The notes: generated by a model not told the origin, from the letters alone. A DNA stretch of 50,006 nucleotides from a bacterium (GCA_016930535.1 JAFGGN010000117.1:1-50006), one strand, 5' to 3'. Numbered from the stretch's first letter, positions 26,732 to 36,404 are shown. Numbers and translations: made by a program.

Positions 26732-27331
26732 TCAAATTCCCCGCAGCCGGTCCTGATAGGCCTTTAACATTTTGTCCCTTGCCCCGGGGTCCGACAGCAC
26801 GGACCGTTTCGCTTCCTGATATTCGTTTTCATCGATTGTGGTGAACGGCGTTTCACGCCAGTATTTCGTTTTCAGAAAGGTCCGGCGGCATTCATGGCAG
26901 GCACTCCAGGTCTGCAGATGCGCATGGATCATATAATGTGGTGCCGATCCGCTTCGCCTCTCCTTATCATCACTGTACAGAAAACCGTCCGCACCTCTGT
27001 ATCCCCCGACGAGGTCGTACTGCATCACCTGCTTCCATTGTTCATGCGTATACTGTACATCCAGCATCTCCATCGGCCGGCCGCAACGGCTGCACCTGGC
27101 GCGGCCCTTTGCGACTTTCAGTACGATATACACCGTAAACAGGACCATAAATCCGAAGAACAGACCCATGACAGCCGTCTTCCCTGACTTCAGGAAAAAG
27201 AGCGCGGCCACGGCAGCGGACAGGCATAAAAACGAAAGCCAGCCGATAATCCGGGGAAGCAGTGCGGACCGGGATCCGGCTTCTTCGTCGTACCGGTAAT
27301 CGCTCAATTCGGGTGGTGGATTTATTCTCAT
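26732..27331 (-). CDS. Hypothetical membrane protein with zinc-ribbon-like Cys pairs (CSRCGRP ... CHECRR)
   Basis: Start MRINPPPEL with a strong RBS ggagg. The longer N-terminus in the ORF track reads through repeat R5 and was trimmed. Two TM helices followed by a CxxC...CxxC domain. Confidence 0.6.
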   Translation of the reverse strand: MRINPPPELSDYRYDEEAGSRSALLPRIIGWLSFLCLSAAVAALFFLKSGKTAVMGLFFGFMVLFTVYIVLKVAKGRARCSRCGRPMEMLDVQYTHEQWKQVMQYDLVGGYRGADGFLYSDDKERRSGSAPHYMIHAHLQTWSACHECRRTFLKTKYWRETPFTTIDENEYQEAKRSVLSDPGARDKMLKAYQDRLRGI

Positions 27332-27371
27332 GACGTTTGCCTCCGTATTATACTGTATCATTATTTTATGA

Positions 27372-27630
27372 ATGGACGGCGGACCGCTGACCGTGAATGC
27401 TTCGGAGAACCGGAGACGCGGTGAAACGGTGATGTTAAAAACAGACAACTGACGGCGGACCGCAAACCGCTTGACATGGACGGCCAAGACGGCCGTCTTT
27501 AAAAAAACTCTGCGTCCTCTGCGCCTCTGCGGTTATCTCTTCATTCAACATTCAAAATTTAACATCGTTATTTCTCCGTTACTCCGTCGCTCCTTCTCTC
27601 CGTTTCACGCTCCGACACGACGACCGGCTT
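27372..27630 (+). repeat. Mosaic repeat element R5
   Basis: ggcggaccgctgacc, then gtgaatgcttcggagaaccggagacgcggtgaaacggtgatg, then ccgcttgacatggacggccaagacggccgtc, then ctctgcgtcctctgcgcctctgcg, then ttctccgttactccgtcgctccttctctccgtttcacgctccgacacgacgacc. Confidence 0.85.
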
Positions 27631-27646
27631 TCTTTGAATTTTTATC

Positions 27647-28753
27647 TTATCGTCTGCCCAGATAATCATCCCATATTTCCAGTATTTCAGGGATGTTCCT
27701 TCTTCCGAATCCGATCCGGACACGGTTCTCCTGGCTGCCGAAAAGCGTGGACGGCACCAGCATGATGCCTTTCTGTTCGAGGAGATCCTGACAGAAATCG
27801 TCGATGGAACCTTCGGTCCGCACTTCGGGGAAGGCAACGGGGCCCGCATGCGGCCTTTGCCACACGAACCGGTCCGGATATTTTCCGAAAAAACTGTCCA
27901 GTGTTTTCAGATTGGTCATGATGATACCGAGATTCCGCCGTATCAGCTTCTCCTTGTTTTTCAGTGCGATCAGGGCCAAAATTTCACTGGGTCCGCTGCT
28001 GCATATGGTGGTATAATCCTTGAATGCCTGCAGGGCCGTCATCATCGCTCCGTCCCGCGTGGTGAGCCATCCGATTCGCAGGCCGGGCAATCCGAAAGTT
28101 TTGGACATGCCGGACAGGGAAATGCCCTTTTCATAAATATCCGCGACAGACGGGAGGCGATGTGCGTCTTTATACTCCAGATAGCGGTACATCTCATCCG
28201 AGAAAACACGGATATCATGCTTCCGGGCCAGTTCGAGGATCCGGTCCAGTTCATCCCGGGAAATCATGGTTCCGGTCGGATTGTGCGGGAAATTGAGAAC
28301 CAGGAGGCGCGTTTCCGGCGTTATCAGGCGGACCAGATCGTCGGTCACAAAACGGTTTCCGTCACGCGGCATCCAGGCGGACACATTCGCGTTCAGGCTT
28401 CGCGCGATTTCATGCAGAGATTGATAACACGGGAAAACCGTCACCAGATGATCTCCGGCCTTGAGCAGCACGTTCATGGCGATAAATATGCCTTCTTCCG
28501 GCGCCAGCACCAGCACATCGTCCGGTGTGACCGCATGATAGAGCCGCGTGATCTCCTCACGGAGAAGCGGATGCCCCTGCGATTCCGTATATGCGAGCCG
28601 GAGATTCCCCCACAGTGAGAGGGATTCCGCGTCCGCCATGCCGAGCAGTTCCTTCAGGGTCAGCGGCTCACAGTCCGAACAGCTCAGCAGATGCGGTGCC
28701 GAGAATTCGTGGACGGCAAAGTATCGTTCGAGTTTGAATGGTTCGATGCGCAT
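27647..28753 (-). CDS. PLP-dependent aminotransferase, class I/II fold
   Basis: 368 aa. Lys-containing motif SGMSKTFGLPGLRIGW. The N-terminus MRIEPFKLERYF is typical of this aminotransferase subfamily. Confidence 0.8.
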   Translation of the reverse strand: MRIEPFKLERYFAVHEFSAPHLLSCSDCEPLTLKELLGMADAESLSLWGNLRLAYTESQGHPLLREEITRLYHAVTPDDVLVLAPEEGIFIAMNVLLKAGDHLVTVFPCYQSLHEIARSLNANVSAWMPRDGNRFVTDDLVRLITPETRLLVLNFPHNPTGTMISRDELDRILELARKHDIRVFSDEMYRYLEYKDAHRLPSVADIYEKGISLSGMSKTFGLPGLRIGWLTTRDGAMMTALQAFKDYTTICSSGPSEILALIALKNKEKLIRRNLGIIMTNLKTLDSFFGKYPDRFVWQRPHAGPVAFPEVRTEGSIDDFCQDLLEQKGIMLVPSTLFGSQENRVRIGFGRRNIPEILEIWDDYLGRR

Positions 28754-28862
28754 GCGCTCTGTCTTTATGATGAATGGATTGTCGGATTGTTCGTGATGCG
28801 GACCCGGTTAAAAATGGTGGATATTTCAGACAAAGTCAAGGGAAAAGGACGGCATTGAATCG

Positions 28863-29168
28863 GTGTATGGGTTTACGGGTTTATGGGTTTATGAGTATAT
28901 GGGACCCTGCCTCCCTGCCCCTGTAAATAATTGACCGCGGACGGCAAGACCGCGGACCGCAAGAGAAATACCAAATCTCAAATCCCAAAATACAAATAAA
29001 AAACAAATTTCAAATTACAAATTCAAAATAGGACCTCAGACGGCGGACCGTAGACCGTTAAAGCTTCGGAGAGACGGAGAAGATGAGAAACGGAGAAAAA
29101 AACAGCTTTTCTTACTCTCCGTTTCCCCGTTTCTCAATCTCTCCGCTTCACACTCCGACACAACGACT
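28863..29168 (+). repeat. Mosaic repeat element R6
   Basis: gtWtaYgg octamers, gaccgcR heptamers, ~60 bp of caaat-period repeats, ggaccg units, left arm aagcttcggagagacggagaagatgagaaacggagaaaaaaa, right arm tctccgtttccccgtttctcaatctctccgcttcacactccgacacaacgac. Confidence 0.85.
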
Positions 29169-29180
29169 CATTAAACTTTG

Positions 29181-30290
29181 TTAATCCTGCTCCCGAATGA
29201 ACGCATCCAGCGCCTCGACAAATCTCTGGTTCTGGTCCTCCGTGCCGACCGTGATGCGCAGACAGTTTGGCAGATTGTAATTCTCCACCGGGCGCGTGAT
29301 GAATCCCCTTTCGAGCAGGGCCTGATATAAGGGCGCGGCCGGTTTTTCAAAATCCGCGAGAATGAAATTGGTCTGGGAGGGATAGTATTTGATCTGAAGC
29401 CGTTCGAATTCCGCCTGAAGAAATGCCCGTCCCTTCCGGTTGATTTCAATGGATTTTTCGATATGCTCCTGATCGTCCAGCGCGGCCAGGGCCGCGGCCT
29501 GGGCCATGCGGTTGACATTAAAAGGCGGCCGTACGCGGTCCATGTACCCGATCAGCTCCCTGTGCGACACACCGTATCCCACACGAAGCCCGGCCAGCCC
29601 GTATATCTTCGAAAATGTGCGCAACACGATCAGGCGGTTGCGGTACGGTGCGTACTCCAGGCCGTTGGGCACGTCCGGATCGTCCACGTATTCCGCATAG
29701 GCCTCGTCGATGCAGATTACGATATCGTCGCGTATGTGTGACAAAAACCGCTCGAATTCCCGCGTGCTGAAAATCCGGCCCGTCGGATTGTTGGGATTGG
29801 CCAGGAACACCACCTTGGTTTTTTCATTCACGGTACATGCCACGGCATCCATATCGTAGGTCATGTCCGGTTTCAGGGGAACCGTGATCTCCTGCCGGTT
29901 GTGAGAGATCCCGGCCAGTTTGTAGATGATGAACGACGGCTCTCCGGTCACGATGTTTTCGTTCGGAGCCACGAAGGTCCGTATGACGAATTCGATGATC
30001 TCGTTGCTTCCGTTGCCGATGATCAGGTTGTGCGGTTCGATGTCATATTGCGCCAGATGGGCGGCCAGCGCCTCCTTCAGCGTGTAGCAACCGCCGTCCG
30101 GGTAATAATGCATTTCCCCGCACGCGGCCTTCATGGCCTCGATCGCCTTCGGGGACGGTCCCAGGGGATTTTCATTGGAAGCCATCTTCACCGGGTCGGG
30201 AAGGCCCAGCTCGCGCTTGGTTTCTTCGATCGGCTTGCCCGGCTGATAGGGCCGTAATTTTTCGATATTGCGCGTGACCAGCGGTTTCAT
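29181..30290 (-). CDS. hisC: Histidinol-phosphate aminotransferase
   Basis: 369 aa. KLASNENPLGPSP-type N-terminus (MASNENPLGPSP). PLP-lysine motif FSKIYGLAGLRVGY. Length and motifs are typical of HisC. Confidence 0.85.
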   Translation of the reverse strand: MKPLVTRNIEKLRPYQPGKPIEETKRELGLPDPVKMASNENPLGPSPKAIEAMKAACGEMHYYPDGGCYTLKEALAAHLAQYDIEPHNLIIGNGSNEIIEFVIRTFVAPNENIVTGEPSFIIYKLAGISHNRQEITVPLKPDMTYDMDAVACTVNEKTKVVFLANPNNPTGRIFSTREFERFLSHIRDDIVICIDEAYAEYVDDPDVPNGLEYAPYRNRLIVLRTFSKIYGLAGLRVGYGVSHRELIGYMDRVRPPFNVNRMAQAAALAALDDQEHIEKSIEINRKGRAFLQAEFERLQIKYYPSQTNFILADFEKPAAPLYQALLERGFITRPVENYNLPNCLRITVGTEDQNQRFVEALDAFIREQD

Positions 30291-30304
30291 GATTCACTCC
30301 TGAT

Positions 30305-33300
30305 TTACTTGAGTAATAACACCTTGATGGTTGACCCGATACGGACCGATTCCGCCCGGACCAGGTACACACCCGATTCGCAGGATCTGGAAAACCGGTC
30401 CGTGCCGTCCCACAGCATCATGCATGCTCCGGATTCGTCCGTGTTCTGTTTCAATGTCCTTATTTCCCGCCCCAGAATATCGTGGATATGCACGCGGACG
30501 GATTCATATCTGCCTGCCCGGAGCCGCAGCATCACCCGCGTATTGAACGGATTGGGGAATGCCGTCAAACCAAAGGACTCCGGCATGCCCGCCTGATAAA
30601 GGCCGGTTCCGGCGTCCCTGCCAAGAATGCGGCCGTCAAATGGCGGAATGATGACGGATTCAACGATCCCCCCATGATTCACCGACGGATCCTGAACGCC
30701 CGCCAATGCCCTGTAAGGCGTTTCCAACAGCACTTCAGCCGGTTCTTCCGACGGGTTGACCAGGGCGATGCCGTACTCGAAATCCCTTCGCCATACGGGC
30801 TCGCCGCCCTCCTCGATCCGGATATCGTCCAGCACGATCCCGCCGTCCTGCCTGATTCCGAAAATGAGGTAGTAATCGTCATGAGAGCCGGTTTTAAATA
30901 CGCTGCTCAGCGAATCCGCCATGCCGGTTTCCGGATCCCAGGTTCTGGACCACACATCGGTAAAATCGTTCCCCGTGCCGGACCGGACAATCGCATAAAA
31001 ATACCCGGCATCCGCTTTTTCAAGAACACGGTATTTCCATGAAATGGAATAACGCGTGTCCGTTTTAAAATGTATCTTTTCCGTATCAGACCAGACGAAT
31101 TCATTCCATATACTGGATTGATCGGGATTCTCCGCTTTCAGACTCGCGGTTCCGGCAATCACCTCGGCCGGATCCTGCGTGATCCGCGCCAGAGCGTTCC
31201 ATGGAGGAGAAATAAATGTATTCAGGTTCCCGGTTTCGAAACCTTCGTCCATGCGAAGGATCCCGGAATTCAGGGGGCGTGCCGCACCATCGGGTTTACC
31301 CAGATCGAAATCGTATTCGTCGTACCACCAGTCATGGCCCCACCAGGTGGTTCCGAAATCGTAGCTGTACAGCCCGTCCCCCATCAGAGCCGAGCACAGG
31401 CCGAAACGCATGCGGTCATACCGGGTTCTGACCCATTCCACGGTATCTGCAGGACAGGTATTCCAGGGATTCATGCCGTACACGCTCCACATCCAGTCCG
31501 GCCCCTGGCCCGTCATCAGGGGAAGCGCCCAGGGCGGCCGGTGCAGATCCGTCCAGGCCCGGTACTCCTCGATGAAAGGCCTGAACTCGGCCCGGCCCGC
31601 ACTGATCCCGTTCAGGCCCATTTCAAACAGCCGCCCGTGCATGTACGGCGCGTACCGGTGAATGGCGTCGTTGCCGCAGATCACGGCATTGGGCGCCCCC
31701 TCCCGGATCCGTTCCAGCAGCGACAGCACGCCTTGCTGCCAGGCTTCCTGGATGGTGTCGTGATCGTCCCCCAGTCCGTCCTGATCGATGTCGATGTTCC
31801 GGTCCCCGAGCGCGCCGTTCCACATCCAGAACACGTTTCCCTGAACCCGGTCGAAATACATGCCGTCATAAACCAGGCAGTCTTCGCTCCATCTTTCCAG
31901 TATCCGTTCCGCCATATAGGCCACGCAGGCGGGATTGGTCAGGTTGTACATGGTATGACCCCAGTATCCTTCGTAGAGGATGTGGTTCCGGGGATCACAG
32001 AGCACGCAGTTATACAGCGGATCGGACGGATCGTGTGCGGCTTCCTGAAAAACCGCGTCCTCGGATCCGCCGTATGAAAAGGAATATGAAACGAGCGCCT
32101 TCAGATCCGGATTGATGCGCCGGGCCGCGAACACATCGGCCTTCGGGAAGGATCCGATCACAAGATCATATTTGGCCATGTCCGCAGGGATGTTCACGCT
32201 TGTCCTGTAATTCCACCACAGGGCGAATATACGCGGAAAATCCGGATCATAATCCAGCATTTTCCGCCGGTTGAATACGCGTGAAACGGGCCACGGATCC
32301 GTCGAAGAGTCCGGTTTGCAGCGGACCGTCCATGAAAGGGGATGATCCGGATCGGCGGGCCATGCGAATTCATGCACGGTTCCGCCTTTCGCCGTCACCG
32401 GGAATGCCAGATCGGGATAAGGCCGGTCGGACGTATCGCAGCGGCACAGGGCCGGAACATCCGTATTCACACGGATGACCATGTCATGCTGATCCGGAAG
32501 CAGCACATCACTTGTTATACCGGAGACCGTGACCGGATGCGGAACCGCGCTGCGCGGTCCCGCGGCAGTTTCTCCGGACCATGCGGATCCGTTATAGGTG
32601 CGGATAAAGCAGGCAACCTGGTCCCCGGCCTGAAAATGCGCCGGATCCAGGGCCGCATCCATGTTCCTGTCCGGATATAAATACAGGGCCCGGATCTCGA
32701 ACTCCCCGAGCGGCCGGCTGAATATCCTGAATTCGTCGATCGTGGCATAGGCATTGGGCCCCGCCCACACGCCGCAGCCGATGAGAAACAGGCTCCCCTC
32801 ACCGACTGGCGGATCATAGGCCCGGTTCGCCGAAACACAACGTCCGTCCAGATAAAGCTGCTGGATGTCTTTGGTTGCATCCCATGTCCACACCAGATGA
32901 TGCCAGTCCCCGGCTTCGAGCGGCATGGATGCGGTCCAGGTGCCGTAATAGGTCCCGCCGGTCTCGCTCACGCCCGTAAACTGGTTCCCGTCTTTACTGG
33001 CTTCGATATACAATGCGTTGTCATCGTCGATTCGGTACTCGAACAGCCGGTTCCACTGATCGTACACCGCATGGCCGATATCGAAATCCAGGGCGAACCA
33101 CAGGGACACGGATCCCGAAAGTACGGAGATGACGCCTGCCGGGGAATATCCGAAATGGGCAAAGCATTCCCCGATATGACCGCCCTGCCCGAAACGGCCC
33201 GGAACCACTTCGACGCCCAGCAGGTCAACGGGTGACCTCTGCCTCCTGGAGGTCAATCCGTCCTCGAAATCGAGCCGGAACGTCTCCGCTCCGGTTCCCA

Positions 33301-33493
33301 TGGCAGCCTGGATGCCTTTGACGGTCCAGCGGTACGTCAGCTGCTGCACGCCCGGAGTCCATTGAACGGCCGCTGTCACGGGCAGGGTTTCGAACGGGGG
33401 ATCGGGAAAAAGCCCGGCGGTCTGTGCATGGGATGCCGGCATGAATGCCAGGTTAAAAAGGAGGACGAGCCATGGTCTGAACGTGATCTTCAA
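30305..33493 (-). CDS. Large secreted T9SS cargo protein with N-terminal LamG/ConA-like domain and central glycoside-hydrolase-like (GHL-type) TIM-barrel region
   Basis: 1062 aa with signal peptide. LamG-like core (SLWFALDF...WHHLVWTW...LYLDG). Central region with GH-like motifs (ALVSYSFSYGG, YDGMYFDRV). T9SS CTD at the C-terminus (FPNPFNTRVMLRL...GVYLVRAESVRIGSTIKVLLLK). Only 14 nt separate it from hisC. Confidence 0.75.
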   Translation of the reverse strand: MKITFRPWLVLLFNLAFMPASHAQTAGLFPDPPFETLPVTAAVQWTPGVQQLTYRWTVKGIQAAMGTGAETFRLDFEDGLTSRRQRSPVDLLGVEVVPGRFGQGGHIGECFAHFGYSPAGVISVLSGSVSLWFALDFDIGHAVYDQWNRLFEYRIDDDNALYIEASKDGNQFTGVSETGGTYYGTWTASMPLEAGDWHHLVWTWDATKDIQQLYLDGRCVSANRAYDPPVGEGSLFLIGCGVWAGPNAYATIDEFRIFSRPLGEFEIRALYLYPDRNMDAALDPAHFQAGDQVACFIRTYNGSAWSGETAAGPRSAVPHPVTVSGITSDVLLPDQHDMVIRVNTDVPALCRCDTSDRPYPDLAFPVTAKGGTVHEFAWPADPDHPLSWTVRCKPDSSTDPWPVSRVFNRRKMLDYDPDFPRIFALWWNYRTSVNIPADMAKYDLVIGSFPKADVFAARRINPDLKALVSYSFSYGGSEDAVFQEAAHDPSDPLYNCVLCDPRNHILYEGYWGHTMYNLTNPACVAYMAERILERWSEDCLVYDGMYFDRVQGNVFWMWNGALGDRNIDIDQDGLGDDHDTIQEAWQQGVLSLLERIREGAPNAVICGNDAIHRYAPYMHGRLFEMGLNGISAGRAEFRPFIEEYRAWTDLHRPPWALPLMTGQGPDWMWSVYGMNPWNTCPADTVEWVRTRYDRMRFGLCSALMGDGLYSYDFGTTWWGHDWWYDEYDFDLGKPDGAARPLNSGILRMDEGFETGNLNTFISPPWNALARITQDPAEVIAGTASLKAENPDQSSIWNEFVWSDTEKIHFKTDTRYSISWKYRVLEKADAGYFYAIVRSGTGNDFTDVWSRTWDPETGMADSLSSVFKTGSHDDYYLIFGIRQDGGIVLDDIRIEEGGEPVWRRDFEYGIALVNPSEEPAEVLLETPYRALAGVQDPSVNHGGIVESVIIPPFDGRILGRDAGTGLYQAGMPESFGLTAFPNPFNTRVMLRLRAGRYESVRVHIHDILGREIRTLKQNTDESGACMMLWDGTDRFSRSCESGVYLVRAESVRIGSTIKVLLLK

Positions 33494-33583
33494 AATCGCA
33501 CCCGGTCAATGATCCGCATCTGTTCAATCCTCTTTCATTATAAACGGAAAGCCTGTGAATGTCAACAGGGAATTTATGGTATC

Positions 33584-33625
33584 TGACACCTCCGGGAGGT
33601 CCGGGTGGACCTCCGGGAGGTGTCA
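33584..33625. repeat. Palindromic element P2 (tgacacctccgggaggtcc-gggtg-gacctccgggaggtgtca)
   Basis: Two copies of acctccgggaggt flanked by tgac/gtca in near-perfect dyad symmetry. Confidence 0.8.
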
Positions 33626-33921
33626 GGCACAATCGCGGAAAATTCCCGCATTTCCGCATTTGACTGTTATATGTACGACATGAAATTACCGAGAGAACAG
33701 CCTTCTAATATTTTGTTTTTTAATTGCTTGAATGCTGCGCAATTCCTATGGCACGCCGCTTGCCTGAATCTGAACAGCAAGCGCATACCCCGCTGCTTTC
33801 GGCGGGGTAAACGAGCGAATACAAATTATTTTCACACATTACAGATGAAGATTTCCCGTGGCCTGCCGCGGGGAGATTCATTCCCGGGAAATAAACAGAA
33901 ACACGACAGAAGGGAGCAGCA

Positions 33922-36249
33922 ATGAAGTATCTGATGAAAGCGGTGATATTCATGATTTGTATCTCAGCTTTTTCGATCCGGGCCGGCGCATTGACGCAGC
34001 TCGTCCGGGGGCAGGTGATGGACCAGGAAACCCGGACGCCGCTTTACGGGGCGAATGTGATGATCGCGGGCACGAATCTCGGCGGCTCGACCGATGAAAA
34101 CGGATGGTTCCGGATTTCCGGGGTTCCCCTCGGCCGGTATGATATCCAGGTATTTTATATGGGATACGAACAGATGACGATTCCCGAGATTCCCGTGCAT
34201 TCGGGCAAAGAGGTGGTTCTCAACGTTGAAATGCGGGAATCCGTCATTTATACGCAGGCACTCACGGTCATGCCCTCGATCGACAAGGAAAAACCCCTGA
34301 ACGCCATGGCCACCACCAGCGCCCGCACATTTTCCGTGGAAGAGACACGCCGTTATGCGGGCGGACTGGACGATCCGGCGCGCATGGCATCCGGTTTCGC
34401 GGGCGTGACCACGGGCCAGGTGCAGGACAACGCCATCATTATCCGCGGCAATGCGCCCAACGGCATTCTCTGGCGGCTGGAGGGCATCGAGATCCCCAAT
34501 CCCAACCATTTCGCGGACGGCAATTACGACGGCGGCGGCCTGGTGACCCTGTTCTCGAGCCAGCTCCTGGACAATTCCGATTTCATGACCGGCGCCTTCC
34601 CCGGTGAATACGGCAATGCGCTGTCCGGCGTATTCGACATGAATCTGCGCAACGGCAACAACGAGCAGCACGAATACGCGTTCCAGGCCGGCATCCTGGG
34701 AATCGACGTTGCAGCCGAGGGGCCGTTTCAGAAGGGCAGTCCGGGTTCTTATCTCTTCAATTACCGCTACTCGACCACGGCGCTTCTGACGCCGATTCTG
34801 AATACGGAACAGATTCCCAAATATCAGGACCTCTCATTCAAGCTGAACTTTCCCACGCGCCAGGCGGGCACATTCAGCCTGTGGGGCATCGGCGGCGTGG
34901 ACACGAACCTGGAATACGCCAGCGACGATCCGGACGACTGGACCATAGACTGGGAACGGATCGGATACGAATGGAAGGCCCGTGTCGGCGCCGCGGGTCT
35001 GACCCATAAAATCACAACCGGGGACAATACCTACATCAGCACGACCCTGGCCTCCACGGCCAACAAGGTTTCTTTTCATCAGGAGCGGTATGACGACAGG
35101 CTGGAGCTGCAGAAGGTGCAGTGGATCGACAGCGAGACGGGCAAACACACGCTCTCTGCATTCGTGAACCACAAGTTCAATGCACGGTACGCGAACAAAA
35201 CGGGTGTGGCCGTGAACTATCTCTTCTACGATCAGAATTTCCGGGCCGCACTCGACAATGTACCGCCCATGCGGTCGTATATCCGTGAAAGCGGGGGCGA
35301 TTTGCACACCCAGACCTATTCACAATCCTCCCTGCGCATCACGCAGGACCTGACCCTGAATCCCGGACTGCATTTCGAGTTCTTTCATCTCAACCGCCAT
35401 TTCTCGGTGGAACCGAGAATCGGCCTGCAGTATGCGTTCAAACCCGGCCAGAGCCTGTCCCTGGCATACGGCATGCACAGCCAGCTGCCGGACATCCGCG
35501 TGTACCTGACGCGAGGGGAAAACGGCATCCCCGTCAACCGGGACCTGGATTTCATGAAGGCGCATCATGTGGTCCTCGCCTATGACCGGAGCCTCACGGA
35601 AAACGTGCGCCTGAAAATCGAGCCGTATTTTCAGGCCCTGTCCGATGTGCCCGTGGTACGGGACAGCAGCTATTCGTTCGCGAATTTCAAGTCCCAGTGG
35701 TTCTTCGATCATCCGCTCGTGAACGGGGGTACGGGAAGGAACGCGGGCATCGACATCACACTGGAGCGTTTCCTGAACAACAACTATTATTATCTGCTGA
35801 CCGCCTCTGTTTTCAGCTCGAAATACACGGGCGGGGACGGTGTCGAAAGAAACACGCGCTACGCCCGGAACCTCGTCCTGAACGCCCTGTTCGGCCGCGA
35901 ATTCCACATCGGCCGGAACAACGTGCTGGGCCTGAACGGCCGGTTCACGGCCATGGGCGGCGAACGGCGCAGCCCCGTGCATCTCCCGCTCACGCAGGCC
36001 AGGCAGGAGATCGTGTACGACGAAACCCGTGCGTTCGAGATGCAGAATCCCACGTCCTATGTGCTGGACCTGACCCTCACCTGGCGGATCAACCGGAAAT
36101 CCGTGTCCCATGTCTGGGCCCTGCAGGTGAAGAACGCCCTGGGAGCCAGAAGCATCAACGAACCGAGTTACAACTGCCTCACGAATATGGTTGAAAAAGA
36201 CTACGACACCATCGTTCTGCCGTCGCTGAGTTACAAGGTGGAGTTTTAA
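33922..36249 (+). CDS. TonB-dependent receptor with N-terminal carboxypeptidase-regulatory-like domain
   Basis: 775 aa with signal peptide. CarbopepD_reg-like segment (GQVMDQETRTPLYGANVMIAGTN...TDENGWFRI). Plug and barrel. C-terminal ...YKVEF. Confidence 0.85.
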   Translation: MKYLMKAVIFMICISAFSIRAGALTQLVRGQVMDQETRTPLYGANVMIAGTNLGGSTDENGWFRISGVPLGRYDIQVFYMGYEQMTIPEIPVHSGKEVVLNVEMRESVIYTQALTVMPSIDKEKPLNAMATTSARTFSVEETRRYAGGLDDPARMASGFAGVTTGQVQDNAIIIRGNAPNGILWRLEGIEIPNPNHFADGNYDGGGLVTLFSSQLLDNSDFMTGAFPGEYGNALSGVFDMNLRNGNNEQHEYAFQAGILGIDVAAEGPFQKGSPGSYLFNYRYSTTALLTPILNTEQIPKYQDLSFKLNFPTRQAGTFSLWGIGGVDTNLEYASDDPDDWTIDWERIGYEWKARVGAAGLTHKITTGDNTYISTTLASTANKVSFHQERYDDRLELQKVQWIDSETGKHTLSAFVNHKFNARYANKTGVAVNYLFYDQNFRAALDNVPPMRSYIRESGGDLHTQTYSQSSLRITQDLTLNPGLHFEFFHLNRHFSVEPRIGLQYAFKPGQSLSLAYGMHSQLPDIRVYLTRGENGIPVNRDLDFMKAHHVVLAYDRSLTENVRLKIEPYFQALSDVPVVRDSSYSFANFKSQWFFDHPLVNGGTGRNAGIDITLERFLNNNYYYLLTASVFSSKYTGGDGVERNTRYARNLVLNALFGREFHIGRNNVLGLNGRFTAMGGERRSPVHLPLTQARQEIVYDETRAFEMQNPTSYVLDLTLTWRINRKSVSHVWALQVKNALGARSINEPSYNCLTNMVEKDYDTIVLPSLSYKVEF

Positions 36250-36283
36250 AGGGGTGCTCTTTTCATGGAAGGTAGTCGTTGGC

Positions 36284-36322
36284 GTTACCTCCCAGGGAGC
36301 TCCAAGCTCCCTGGGAGGTAAC
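36284..36322. repeat. Palindromic element P3a (gttacctcccagggagct-cca-agctccctgggaggtaac)
   Basis: Perfect 18-bp inverted arms. Same core as the P4 right half. Confidence 0.8.
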
Positions 36323-36342
36323 TGTCTTCCCTCTGTCACGAT

Positions 36343-36376
36343 CCCCCGTTCTGCCAGGCAGGGCGGGGGATTTTTC
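36343..36376 (+). terminator. Rho-independent terminator after the TonB-dependent receptor gene
   Basis: GC-rich hairpin cccccg...cggggg followed by ATTTTT. Confidence 0.6.
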
Positions 36377-36377
36377 A

Positions 36378-36404
36378 TTCAGACACCTCCGGGAGGTGTC
36401 TGAA
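36378..36404. repeat. Palindromic element P3b (ttcagacacctcc-g-ggaggtgtctgaa)
   Basis: Perfect 13-bp arms. Same core as P1, P2 and P4. Confidence 0.8.

Noticed and set aside
27332-27487. 52-aa N-terminal extension of the zinc-ribbon membrane protein
   Set aside because: It reads through repeat R5 (peptide ITVSPRLRFSEAF). The ATG at 27331 has a GGAGG RBS.
33630-33921. Possible riboswitch (cobalamin or other) or Fur box upstream of the TonB-dependent receptor
   Set aside because: Only a generic hairpin (ccccgc..gcgggg). No B12-box or recognisable riboswitch core was visible by eye.
34834-36378. 352-aa minus ORF (35320-36378), 235-aa minus ORF (33964-34671) and 157-aa minus ORF
   Set aside because: Antisense to the TonB-dependent receptor gene.
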